DNA of 64,000 nucleotides, from assembly GCA_963668675.2 (NCBI GenBank), contig CAXXMB010000002.1, positions 2,144,001-2,208,000 on the forward strand, written 5' to 3'. Position numbers and translations under genes: made by a program. The notes beneath the pieces are model-generated. The model saw nothing but the letters and a program-made list of their open reading frames with translations, searched no databases and was not told where the DNA came from. Positions 33,466 to 42,631 of the stretch are shown here, in pieces (positions within the stretch are counted from its first letter, which is position 1; each line of letters opens with the position of its first letter). Origin of the DNA: an uncultured Desulfatitalea sp. (lineage in GTDB: Bacteria > Desulfobacterota > Desulfobacteria > Desulfobacterales > Desulfosarcinaceae).

Positions 33466-33537
33466 CTATTTTTGATCGCCGCCTTCCGCCCGAGCTGTGC
33501 TGCGCGCGGCGGCCGCGGCATGGTGATGCGATTTCAT
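33466..33537 (-). CDS. Ala-rich leader peptide MKSHHHAAAAARSTARAEGGDQK (23 aa)
   Basis: Manual translation; SD-like GAGAGGG upstream; lies between the promoter and the terminator. Confidence 0.75.
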   Translation of the reverse strand: MKSHHHAAAAARSTARAEGGDQK

Positions 33538-33558
33538 GGTTGCCCTCTCTTTTGGCGC

Positions 33559-33588
33559 ACTATAGAGAGGCGTGGACCGCTTTGTCAA
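33559..33588 (-). promoter_or_regulatory. Sigma70 promoter of the leader-alaC transcript
   Basis: Minus strand TTGACA-N18-TATAGT. Confidence 0.75.
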
Positions 33589-33753
33589 GGGGTTTGGGGG
33601 GTTAGGATCAAAAGCAGGCAGACGGAAGGCTGGAGATGAGGGGGCGTCGGTTATTGCGTCTTTGGGTTTTCGACCTTATGGTAACAATCTGCCTGTTTGC
33701 CAGGATTGTGGTAAAGTCAAAAACCGACAGGAAAAGATGAGTTGAATCCGAAG

Positions 33754-34374
33754 ATGAGACAAACGAAGATCCATTTGGTGCGCCATGGAGAGGTGCACAA
33801 TCCGGAAAAGGTCCTATACGGCCGCCTGCCGGGCTTCAGGCTGAGTGACAACGGTCGCCGCCAGGCCCGTGAGGCTGGCCGATACCTATCCACGCTGCCC
33901 ATTCGGGCCATCTATTCGAGCCCTCTGCTGAGGGCCCGCCAGACGGCGGATGAACTGCTTGAATTCCAACCCCACCTCCGCCGGCACATCTCCGCGCAGC
34001 TCAACGAAGTTTACACTGTTTATGAGGGCGTGCCGGGTGACCAGGTGGATCGTAAGCGCGGCGATATATACACCGGTGCAGGTAACGGATACGAACAACC
34101 ATCGGATGTGTTTGCACGGGCAGAGACGTTTTTCAAGCGCATGCTGAGGCAGTATGAAGGCGAGCAGGTGGCGGCCGTCACCCATGGGGATGTGGTGACC
34201 TTTACCGTGCTGTGGGCATTGGGAGAGGAGCTGATACCGCGCAACAAAACACGCCTTAAAGCCGCCGGCTATCCGGTCGGTTACCCGGCCCACGCCTCCG
34301 TGACCACCTTGATTTTTGACGCACCGGCGACGGATGAGCGGCCAGCAGTAGCGTATGAGCAACCCTGGCGGTAA
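33754..34374 (+). CDS. Histidine phosphatase family protein
   Basis: LVRHGE, YSSPLLRARQTA and VTHGD motifs. Confidence 0.92.
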   Translation: MRQTKIHLVRHGEVHNPEKVLYGRLPGFRLSDNGRRQAREAGRYLSTLPIRAIYSSPLLRARQTADELLEFQPHLRRHISAQLNEVYTVYEGVPGDQVDRKRGDIYTGAGNGYEQPSDVFARAETFFKRMLRQYEGEQVAAVTHGDVVTFTVLWALGEELIPRNKTRLKAAGYPVGYPAHASVTTLIFDAPATDERPAVAYEQPWR

Positions 34375-34399
34375 TTTCAACCAAAAGAGGAGTGTGAAC

Positions 34400-35374
34400 A
34401 TGGCCACTGATAAGGCGTTGGATCAGGCCAAGGGCGGTCTGGAAACAGCCACCCTCTGGGACAGCTTCAAGCTTGCAGCCGTTGTGGCGGCACCGGTCTA
34501 CTTCGACAGAGAGGCCTCCACGGAGAAAGCCTGCCGGCTCATCCAGGACGCCGCCGGCAAGGGAGCCGTTCTGGCCGCTTTCGGCGAAACCTGGCTGCCG
34601 GGATATCCATGGTGGATCCGATCGGAAGGATTCTCCTCAGGCCTCCAGATGAAGTGCCGGGCCGAGTATATCGCCAGTGCGATTCGCATACCCGGAGTGG
34701 AAACCGATCAGTTGTGCAGTGCGGCCAAACAGGCGGGCATCGATGTGGTGATCGGTGTGGTCGAACGAGACCCCACCACCGAGGCCACCGTCTACTGCAC
34801 CTTGCTCTTTATCGGCCGCGAAGGCAAGCTTCTCGGCCGGCACCGCAAACTCAAGCCGACCGATTATGAGCGGCGGGTCTGGGGTGAAGGGGACGCCGTG
34901 GGCCTGACGACCCATGAGAGACCCTATGCCAGAATCAGCGGCCTCAACTGCTGGGAGCACCGCATGATGCTTCCCGGCTACGCACTGGCCGCCCAAGGAA
35001 CCCAAATCCATGTCGCCGTATGGCCCAGCGGCAGTGAAGACATCCTCGCCCGGGCGTTTGCCCAGCAGGCGTCCTGCTACGTCATCTCCGTCGGAGGACT
35101 CTTGCGCGACCAGGACATCCCGGCGCCTTACCGCACCCTCTTTCCAGAGCCCTCCAGCCTGGATGCGGGCTGCAGCATTATCGCCCCGGACGGGGAGATC
35201 ATAGCGGGCACGACCCGGGCCGAGGAGACGATCGTCATCGCAGAGGTTTCGCCGTCCCGCATACTGGCAGCCAAGTCGATTTGCGATATCGGCGGACACT
35301 ATTCCCGACCGGATGTATTGAAGCTGGAAGTGAATAAACGACCCCTGAGCCGCATAGGGTTTGGGAAAGAATAG
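34400..35374 (+). CDS. Nitrilase (carbon-nitrogen hydrolase)
   Basis: E-K-C triad in FGETWLPGYP, HRKLKPT and NCWEH; GHYSRPD. Confidence 0.92.
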   Translation: MATDKALDQAKGGLETATLWDSFKLAAVVAAPVYFDREASTEKACRLIQDAAGKGAVLAAFGETWLPGYPWWIRSEGFSSGLQMKCRAEYIASAIRIPGVETDQLCSAAKQAGIDVVIGVVERDPTTEATVYCTLLFIGREGKLLGRHRKLKPTDYERRVWGEGDAVGLTTHERPYARISGLNCWEHRMMLPGYALAAQGTQIHVAVWPSGSEDILARAFAQQASCYVISVGGLLRDQDIPAPYRTLFPEPSSLDAGCSIIAPDGEIIAGTTRAEETIVIAEVSPSRILAAKSICDIGGHYSRPDVLKLEVNKRPLSRIGFGKE

Positions 35375-35492
35375 CTCCGTCTTTTATTCTGGTTGTCAAA
35401 AGCGTTTTCCGTTCGAACTCCGGTCGCTGGGACGCCAGATACCCCATGCGGATGCATCACAAGATTCAAGTGCCGCTAGGGGTGTGCTACGG

Positions 35493-35532
35493 GCGGCCTG
35501 CAAATTCGCTGCGCTCAAACAGTGCAGGCCGC
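35493..35532. repeat. Palindromic REP-like/terminator hairpin between convergent genes
   Basis: GCGGCCTGCA ... TGCAGGCCGC 10-bp stem with a CGCTGCGCTCAAACA loop. Confidence 0.55.
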
Positions 35533-35547
35533 TGATCCTCCACACAT

Positions 35548-37503
35548 TTAGGGCTCACTCAACTCCTTCAGATCCGCATAGTGATCCAGCACTTCAGGAT
35601 TGCTCAGGGCGTCCTTGTTGAGCACCGGTTCGCCCTGGATCACTTTCTTGACGGCCAGCTCCACCTTTTTCATGTTCAAGGTGTAGGGAATGTCCGGCAC
35701 CGCGATGATCTTGGCCGGTACGTGGCGCGGTGATGCATTGGCCCGCAGTGTGCTTCTTATGGTCTGCTTAAGTGCATCATCCAACACGGCCGCTTCAGCC
35801 ATCTTGACGAAGAGGATCACGCGCACATCTCCCTTCCAGGGCTGCCCGATCACCAGGCTGTCCTCGATACCGTCGATCGCCTCCATCTGCCGGTAGATTT
35901 CGGCTGTGCCGATGCGCACGCCGCCCGGATTCAAGGTGGCGTCCGAGCGGCCGTAGATGACCACTCCGCCGTGATCGTTGATTTCGATAAAGTCGCCGTG
36001 GCGCCACACGTTGGGATACACATCGAAGTAGGCGTTGTGGTACTTCTCCCCTTCCGGATCTTCCCAGAAGTAGATCGGCATGGAGGGTGCCGGTGCCGTG
36101 CAGACCAGCTCGCCCTGCTGGTTGGTCACCGCTTTGCCCGTTTCGTCGAAGGCGGCCACGCTCATGCCCAGGAAACGGCACTGCAACTCACCAGCGTAGA
36201 CCGGCGCCATGGGGTTGCCACCGGCGAAGCATCCGTTGATGTCTGAACCGCCCGAGATCGAAGCCAGTTGGAGATCCTTTTTGATATGGGCGTAGACGAA
36301 CTCGAAGCCCTCGACCGACAGCGGGGAGCCGGTGGAGAGAATGGCGCGCAGGGGAGCCAGGTCGTAAGCCTCTTTGGGCTTCAGGCCCGTGTTCTGCAGG
36401 GCGGCGATGTAACCGGCGCTGGTTCCGAAGACAGTGATCTTCTCCTCTTGGGCCATCTGCCAGAGGGCGCCGGCATCGGGATGGAAGGGGTTGCCGTCGT
36501 ATAGTACGACTTTGGCACCTACTCCCAGGGCGCAGACCAGCCAGTTCCACATCATCCAGCCACAGGTGGTGAAGTAGAAGATGGTGTCGTCACGCTTGAG
36601 ATCCACATGCAGCAGGTGCTCTTTCATCTGGTTGATGAGGATCCCGCCGGCGCTCTGCACCATGCACTTGGGCAGCCCGGTGGTGCCGGAGGTGAACATG
36701 ATGTAGAGGGGGTGGCCGAAAGGCAGTTGTTCGAATTCGATCTCCAGCGGGGCCTCCTTGGCCCGGAAATCTTCATAGCTCACGGCATTGGGAAGGGCGT
36801 TGATGTCGGGAGAGGTGTCTGCGTAAGGGACCACGACCACCTTCTCGATCTCGGGTATGGATTGCAGGATGCTTTGCATGCGCTCCAAAGAGTCGATGCG
36901 CTTGCCTTTGAACCAGTAACCATCCGCCGTAAAGACCACTTTGGGTTTGATCTGTCCGAAGCGGTCGAGCACCCCCTTGATACCGAAATCGGGCGAGCAC
37001 GACGACCAGACGGCGCCGATGCTGGCCGTGGCCAGCATGGCAATGACCGCGTGGGGCATGTTGGGCAGAAAGCCGCCCACCCGGTCGCCCACCGTGACAC
37101 CGGCCGCGCGCAGCGCCCAGGCTACGCGGGCCACTTCGTTATAGAGTTCGGCATAGGTCATCTGTATGGCGACGCGATCTTCTCCACGGAAGGAGAGGGC
37201 CACCCGGTCGTCGCGAAAGCGCAGAAGGTTCTGGGCGAAATTGAGACGCGCTCTTGAAAACCACTTGGCACCGGGCATTCGTTTCGGGTCGTCGATCACC
37301 TCCGCGTAGGGCTGTGAGGCTTTGATTTCGGAAAAATCCCACATGGCGGACCAGAAATCGGGGATGTTGGCCACCGACCATCGATAGAGCGAATCATAGT
37401 CATTGAAGCTCTGATGATAGCGCTGGTTGACCATCTGCATGAAACGGTACAGGTTGCTCTTTTCAATGCGCTTCCGGGAAGGCTGCCAAAGCATCTTGCT
37501 CAT
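35548..37503 (-). CDS. Acetoacetate--CoA ligase
   Basis: LWQPS, FTSGTTGLPKC, FTTCGWMMWNWL, GRSDATLNPGGVRIGTAEIY and SPRHVP motifs. Confidence 0.95.
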   Translation of the reverse strand: MSKMLWQPSRKRIEKSNLYRFMQMVNQRYHQSFNDYDSLYRWSVANIPDFWSAMWDFSEIKASQPYAEVIDDPKRMPGAKWFSRARLNFAQNLLRFRDDRVALSFRGEDRVAIQMTYAELYNEVARVAWALRAAGVTVGDRVGGFLPNMPHAVIAMLATASIGAVWSSCSPDFGIKGVLDRFGQIKPKVVFTADGYWFKGKRIDSLERMQSILQSIPEIEKVVVVPYADTSPDINALPNAVSYEDFRAKEAPLEIEFEQLPFGHPLYIMFTSGTTGLPKCMVQSAGGILINQMKEHLLHVDLKRDDTIFYFTTCGWMMWNWLVCALGVGAKVVLYDGNPFHPDAGALWQMAQEEKITVFGTSAGYIAALQNTGLKPKEAYDLAPLRAILSTGSPLSVEGFEFVYAHIKKDLQLASISGGSDINGCFAGGNPMAPVYAGELQCRFLGMSVAAFDETGKAVTNQQGELVCTAPAPSMPIYFWEDPEGEKYHNAYFDVYPNVWRHGDFIEINDHGGVVIYGRSDATLNPGGVRIGTAEIYRQMEAIDGIEDSLVIGQPWKGDVRVILFVKMAEAAVLDDALKQTIRSTLRANASPRHVPAKIIAVPDIPYTLNMKKVELAVKKVIQGEPVLNKDALSNPEVLDHYADLKELSEP

Positions 37504-37661
37504 CTAATCCTCCTTTGTGGTCCTCCTTCGTGGTCCTCTTTCTTGGAAAGCGTGCACCGGGGTGGAAAGGATGTCTCTATCATTGCAATGTATCCGGGCC
37601 GGCATGTCAAGTATCAAAAAAGGGAGCACCGGCGTTTACCGGCGGTCAGGCACAAAGGAGA

Positions 37662-38435
37662 TTACGAGCGACGGAACACGAACTGGTTGCAACCCGTCCA
37701 GCCGGCACTGGAAGTCGTGTGGACGATCTCGAATCCGTACCGGCCAAACAGGGTGATGATCTCTTCCCGGTGGGCGTATTCATACGGGTAGCCGCCCAGC
37801 CAGTCTCGTAGATCGAAGGCGTAGGACATTCCGCGGCTCGTTTGCGGTTTTTTGCGGCTGGCGCCCAACGGATGTCGTAAGTAACGAATGGGATAGAAGA
37901 GGGAGAACATGCCCTTCTGCACGAGCGGCGGGACGCGGTTGTAGATGATCTTGACCCGTTTCCAGATCGGTGAACTCCAGTGATGGTTGTAGATGGCCAG
38001 AATCAGCGCACCGTCCGGTCTCACCAATCCGGCCACACTGTCGAAAGCCCTCTTCATATCGCCCGTATGGTGAAGGGCGCCCCAGCTGTGGACGATGTCG
38101 TAGCCTCCCTCGGACAAAGCGGTTCTGATGAACCTGCTGTCCAGTATGGAGACCGTTTGGGTCGTTGGCCGAGGAAGGTGGGCGAAGTGGCGATGGGTGA
38201 TCGCCAGGGCCTGTTCACAGAGAGGATCGATGTCGATGCCATATGCCCGGGCGCCCTTCTCCATCGCCAGAAAGAGCGCCAGGCCCTGACCGTATCCCAC
38301 ATCGAGGAAGCGTTTACCCCTAAAGTCGATGCCGTTGGTTAGCGTGGAAAATGCTTCTCTCGCTTCGCAAATGCTTGTTTCGTCAAGCGCCTGGGAAGAA
38401 AAGGCCTTCCAATTGGCACCGAACGAGAACCTCAT
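37662..38435 (-). CDS. Class I SAM-dependent methyltransferase
   Basis: RFSFGANW, LDVGYGQG, HSWGALHHTG and DWLGGYPYE motifs. Confidence 0.88.
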   Translation of the reverse strand: MRFSFGANWKAFSSQALDETSICEAREAFSTLTNGIDFRGKRFLDVGYGQGLALFLAMEKGARAYGIDIDPLCEQALAITHRHFAHLPRPTTQTVSILDSRFIRTALSEGGYDIVHSWGALHHTGDMKRAFDSVAGLVRPDGALILAIYNHHWSSPIWKRVKIIYNRVPPLVQKGMFSLFYPIRYLRHPLGASRKKPQTSRGMSYAFDLRDWLGGYPYEYAHREEIITLFGRYGFEIVHTTSSAGWTGCNQFVFRRS

Positions 38436-38463
38436 TTTCGCCCCTCCGATAATCAACAAGCTT

Positions 38464-38487
38464 AGGGGCACGATGCATCGTGCCCCT
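38464..38487. repeat. GTAG-type REP palindrome
   Basis: Perfect palindrome AGGGGCACGATGCATCGTGCCCCT. Confidence 0.8.
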
Positions 38488-38544
38488 GCAAGATGAAGCG
38501 TCATCCCTTTCCAACGCACGTCCCGCCGTCCTCCGACGATTTAA

Positions 38545-39252
38545 CTATCCGGGCAATTTGACATGATGAAACGCTTCGGCCAGCTCATAGCCGCTGCCCT
38601 TGGCCAGATTGTGATAGCGCTTGCGCATCCAGGCGTCCAGATCGCCCGCCTTCAGCTCCCGCATCTGGCTGGCGTGGCATTTGAGGGCCTTCAGCTTCAG
38701 GTCGAATGTCTGGGTGATATCCGAGTAGTAGTTGATATCTTCAGCCCCGAAGAAGTAAAGTTCCCTCACCTTGTGCGGCTCGAAGCCCTGTTCGAGCAGG
38801 TCGGGGTAGGCGCCGTGGTCGCGTGCAAAGGGAAAGGCCGCATCCAGAACCACCTGACCGATATTGCGGTGGTCACGATGCCATACATAACGGCGGTAGG
38901 GGTCTGTGGTGATTACGGTGTGGGGCCGGTAGGTACGGATCACCTGCACGATATGTTTGCGCATCTCGGAGGTGTCTTCGATGCTCTGATCCGGGTAGCG
39001 CAGAAATTCGACGTCGCGTACACCAAGCACCTCGGCCGCCGCTCGCTGCTCCTTCTCCCGTATAACGGCCAGTTTTTCGGGTGTCATGGCACGATCCGTG
39101 GTGCCCTTCTCACCGCTGGTGCACAGCACATAGGCGACCGAACGGCCCTCCTTGATCCAGCGGGCCACGGTGCCGGCGGTGCCGTACTCCGCATCGTCGG
39201 GGTGGGCGGTGATGACGAGGATATCAACAGGTGCTTTTAGAACTGAGCTCAC
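38545..39252 (-). CDS. PIG-L family deacetylase (MshB/BshB-like)
   Basis: AHPDD, TSGEKG, HRDH and HASQ motifs; GTG start overlaps the upstream stop (GTGA). Confidence 0.9.
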   Translation of the reverse strand: MSSVLKAPVDILVITAHPDDAEYGTAGTVARWIKEGRSVAYVLCTSGEKGTTDRAMTPEKLAVIREKEQRAAAEVLGVRDVEFLRYPDQSIEDTSEMRKHIVQVIRTYRPHTVITTDPYRRYVWHRDHRNIGQVVLDAAFPFARDHGAYPDLLEQGFEPHKVRELYFFGAEDINYYSDITQTFDLKLKALKCHASQMRELKAGDLDAWMRKRYHNLAKGSGYELAEAFHHVKLPG

Positions 39253-40505
39253 GTCGGTTCGTTTCCTTTCAAATCGAAGCCATGGTGTTGATGATGGATT
39301 GTGCTTTTCAGCAGGCAAACATAAACAGCGACCATGGCCGCGGCAATGCCCTGCCAGTTATACGGTGTGACCGTGGATCGAATCCGTTCAACGGCCAGAC
39401 GATTGCCGGCCGTCAAGCGTTCGAACCCCCGGACCAGGCTGTCGATGTTGTTGTTCTCCAGCAGGGTGCCGTTGACCCCCTCTTCGACCAGTGTCGGGGC
39501 GATACCCACCCGCGTGGCTATCACTGGCGTTCCGCAGGCCATCGCTTCGAGCAGGACCAGCCCGAAGCTCTCATAGTCCGACGGCAGCGCCAGCAGATCG
39601 GCCGCACTATAATAGAGGGGCAGCGCCTGCTGTTCGACCCGGCCCGCAAAATGAACGCGCTCTTCAAGATGGTGTTGAGAGACAGCGGCTTTGAGCGTTT
39701 GTGTGCTGAGGTCGTCGGGGTCGTCTCCACCGACAAGGACCAGATGCGCATTGCGCCCCTGTGAGCGAAGCTGCGCCACCGCCGAGACCAGACGATCGAC
39801 GCGTTTCAGCGGTGCAAAGCGCCCGACATAGAGGATCAACGTCCCATCTTCCGGCAGATGCAACCGGCCCCGGGCCATTGGTCGATCAACGGGTCTGAAA
39901 AGCGCCATGTCGACGCCGCCGGGAATGATGCTGATCCTGGATCGCTCCGCCCCATAGGTCTCCTCCAGAAAATGCCCCTCACCCGGGACCGGCACGATGA
40001 TGCGGTCGGCATTGGTGACCAGCCGCCGTTCGCTGGCCAGGCGCAGGTCCGGTTCGTTCTCCATGTCCGAATCCCTGTTCTTACGGGCGGCCAGGGTGTG
40101 AAACATGGTCACATGGTGACATGGCCACCCTTGCCGGGCCAGACTTCCCACCACACCGGAGAGCCAGTAGTGGCTATGGACAATATCGTAGGTGCGCCCC
40201 TGGGCATGCCGGAAGCGGTCCAACGCTTCGAACACCTGGGGCAGCTGCACGGACAGGGCCTCTTTGGACCCCGGCGCCTCTGCACTCTTCCCCAGACGGA
40301 TCAGGCGCACATTGGAAAAGAGCCGCACCTCAGGTTCGCCTGACCCCACACAGGTAAAGATATCGACCCTGTGCCCGTCGGCCCCTAACCAACGCGCCAG
40401 CTCCCGCACATAGACACTCATGCCGCCCGTATTCTGAGCGCCCAAAGGACCGATGGGGCTGGAGTGGAGGGAAAGCATGGCGATATTTAGGTTTCGGGTG
40501 GTCAT
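39249..40505 (-). CDS. GT4 glycosyltransferase, MshA-like
   Basis: MLSLHSSP..GGMSVY, HSHYWLSG, HTLAARKN and ESFGLV match the MshA subfamily. Confidence 0.87.
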   Translation of the reverse strand: MTTRNLNIAMLSLHSSPIGPLGAQNTGGMSVYVRELARWLGADGHRVDIFTCVGSGEPEVRLFSNVRLIRLGKSAEAPGSKEALSVQLPQVFEALDRFRHAQGRTYDIVHSHYWLSGVVGSLARQGWPCHHVTMFHTLAARKNRDSDMENEPDLRLASERRLVTNADRIIVPVPGEGHFLEETYGAERSRISIIPGGVDMALFRPVDRPMARGRLHLPEDGTLILYVGRFAPLKRVDRLVSAVAQLRSQGRNAHLVLVGGDDPDDLSTQTLKAAVSQHHLEERVHFAGRVEQQALPLYYSAADLLALPSDYESFGLVLLEAMACGTPVIATRVGIAPTLVEEGVNGTLLENNNIDSLVRGFERLTAGNRLAVERIRSTVTPYNWQGIAAAMVAVYVCLLKSTIHHQHHGFDLKGNEPT

Positions 40506-40512
40506 GGCGTAC

Positions 40513-41529
40513 CTATAAACTCACCCGTAACCGATACAACGGCACCTCAGTACCGCCGATCCGCTTCTTATACACCTCCGCTCCTTTCAGGAAATCATAA
40601 TGCCGGCAGCCCATTTCGATGCCGGCTTTGATGCTGAAGATTTTACTGAGGACGCCGACGCTCAGGGCGTTGAACTGCTCGTCGTATCCGCTGTTATAGA
40701 GGTAGCGGGTGCCATTGTAATCGAAGCAGAGCACGCTGCTCACCGGTTGGTCTCCGACGTCGAGAACGTAGAGCCGCAGCAAGCCTTCCCCGGCCAGAGA
40801 ACGGATCAGGTCGCGAAAGTAGGCGGCCATGACGTCGGACATGAAGTGCGCCTTATCCGTGCGGTTGCGCCGGAACAGTTGAATAAACGCTTCGGTGGCG
40901 CCGTCGACGCCATCACCGTCGGCGGCAAGACGGTAAGTGTACGGGCCGTTGTTTTCCAAGCGTCTTACCTTGCGCCGCACTTCATGGCGCTGTTTTCCGC
41001 TGAGCTGCATGAGATACGCTTCCCAATCGTCCGGCAGCGTCGCCTCGAAGGTGACATCGTCCTGGGTCAACCCCTCTTCGACCTGGGCCGGCATCAGTCG
41101 TTTGAGGGCATCAAGCACCACGGCGTCGGGTCTGAGGGTGCGCAAGTCGAGTTGACGCACGCCTTCTGCACGCAAGTGGGTCAACAGGGCCTCGGTCGCC
41201 GGCTCGCTCTTTTCGGGCACGCACACCACATCCTGGTAATCACACACTTCGTGGCTACCTAAGAACCATGCGGTGCGACCGTCGACGGCCAGGGGGGCGA
41301 TGGCGACGATGCGATCGCCCTCGGTGACGGTGGCGATGTAGGGTGCGCCCGGGGAGCCCAGATGGCGGCAGACGCATTCCAGCCACAACGGCAGCACAAA
41401 CAAGCAGTTCCAGGCCAGGCCGGCCGGGGAGCGGCGCCGGATCTCGGCGAAGCTATCCAGGGATTCGATGTGGACCGAGAGGTTCGACAGGGGGCGGCTC
41501 CTTTTTTGTTTTGGATGATATACGCGCAT
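40513..41529 (-). CDS. GNAT family protein (CelD/BcsL, Acetyltransf_6-like)
   Basis: DYQD, WEAYL..LSGKQRHEVRRKVRRL, YNSGYD and YDFLKGAEVYK motifs. Confidence 0.87.
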   Translation of the reverse strand: MRVYHPKQKRSRPLSNLSVHIESLDSFAEIRRRSPAGLAWNCLFVLPLWLECVCRHLGSPGAPYIATVTEGDRIVAIAPLAVDGRTAWFLGSHEVCDYQDVVCVPEKSEPATEALLTHLRAEGVRQLDLRTLRPDAVVLDALKRLMPAQVEEGLTQDDVTFEATLPDDWEAYLMQLSGKQRHEVRRKVRRLENNGPYTYRLAADGDGVDGATEAFIQLFRRNRTDKAHFMSDVMAAYFRDLIRSLAGEGLLRLYVLDVGDQPVSSVLCFDYNGTRYLYNSGYDEQFNALSVGVLSKIFSIKAGIEMGCRHYDFLKGAEVYKKRIGGTEVPLYRLRVSL

Positions 41530-41617
41530 TCGCGCTGCTTGAATTGAGAACGTTGTCTTTAGACCAAATCGACGGGCAGGTCAAACCGGCCGGATACAAG
41601 CACAGGCAGCTGCCGGG

Positions 41618-42631
41618 TCAAATGGGGATCTTGTGTCCCTTCAGCGCCGCTTCGGCCAATGCATCCAGGACGCGCATGTTTTCGATGCTCTCTTCGGGAG
41701 AGAGATCCGCCTGCACGCGTTCCAGCACCACATCGGCAAAATGCTCGACCATCAACTGGTATTGGTCGGCAACCCCTGCGTGGATCTGCATGCCCTGCTC
41801 CTCGTCGGTACCGCGCAGCACATAGTCCGCATCGGCATCCCAAGGGATGAAGGCGTTGTGGGGCAGCTCGATGGCCCCACCGTCGCCGATCACGCGAAAG
41901 GTCTGTTGCAGTGCGGTGATAAACCCGGCTTCGAACGTTGCCAGGGCCTGCCCACCGAAGTCGAGCATGCCGGTAAAAAGCAGATCCACGCCGTTTTCAT
42001 TACGGGCCGCCATGCCCAGCACCGCCACCGGCTCGCGACCCATGAGCCAGCGTGCCGCGTTGACGGCGTAGCAGCCGACGTCGAGCAGGGCCCCACCTCC
42101 CTCCGGAAGGAGGCGCGCATTTTTGCCACGGGCCAGGGTCTCCTCATCCATATGGAAGGTAAATGACGCCTGCACCAGTTTCGGCCGGCCGATATCCCCC
42201 CGGTCCACACGATCTTTGATCTGCCGGCTGCGCGGATGGAAGCGGTACATCAGCGCCTCCATGAGAAAGCGTTTGTTGGCCCGGGCCGCCTCTGCCATCT
42301 CCTTGGCTTCGCGGGCGTTGCAGGCAATGGGCTTTTCGCACAACACATGCTTGCCGGCGTTGAGCGCCCGGATGGTCCAGGTGGCGTGCAGGTGGTTGGG
42401 CAGTGGAACGTAGACGGCATCGATAGCCGGATCGTCGATCACGGCCTGGTAACCTTCTACAACCCGGTCGATGGCGATGCCATGACGTTTCAGTTGTCCG
42501 GCGCTCTCTTGGGGCCGTTGAGAGCCCAGGATGCAGAGATTGCCGTTGAGCGATTTGACAATGGCCGGCAGCATGCACTTGCGGGCGATGGTGGCGTTTC
42601 CCAAAACGCCCCACCGGATGGCATTACTCAT
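41618..42631 (-). CDS. Gfo/Idh/MocA family oxidoreductase
   Basis: WGVLG..TIA, PLPNHLH, GKHVLCEKP and GGALLDVGCY motifs. Confidence 0.92.
   Translation of the reverse strand: MSNAIRWGVLGNATIARKCMLPAIVKSLNGNLCILGSQRPQESAGQLKRHGIAIDRVVEGYQAVIDDPAIDAVYVPLPNHLHATWTIRALNAGKHVLCEKPIACNAREAKEMAEAARANKRFLMEALMYRFHPRSRQIKDRVDRGDIGRPKLVQASFTFHMDEETLARGKNARLLPEGGGALLDVGCYAVNAARWLMGREPVAVLGMAARNENGVDLLFTGMLDFGGQALATFEAGFITALQQTFRVIGDGGAIELPHNAFIPWDADADYVLRGTDEEQGMQIHAGVADQYQLMVEHFADVVLERVQADLSPEESIENMRVLDALAEAALKGHKIPI

Noticed and set aside
33276..33521. 81-aa ORF in the alaC leader
   Set aside because: Out of frame with alaC, overlaps its start and crosses the terminator; the 23-aa ORF has the SD and promoter context.
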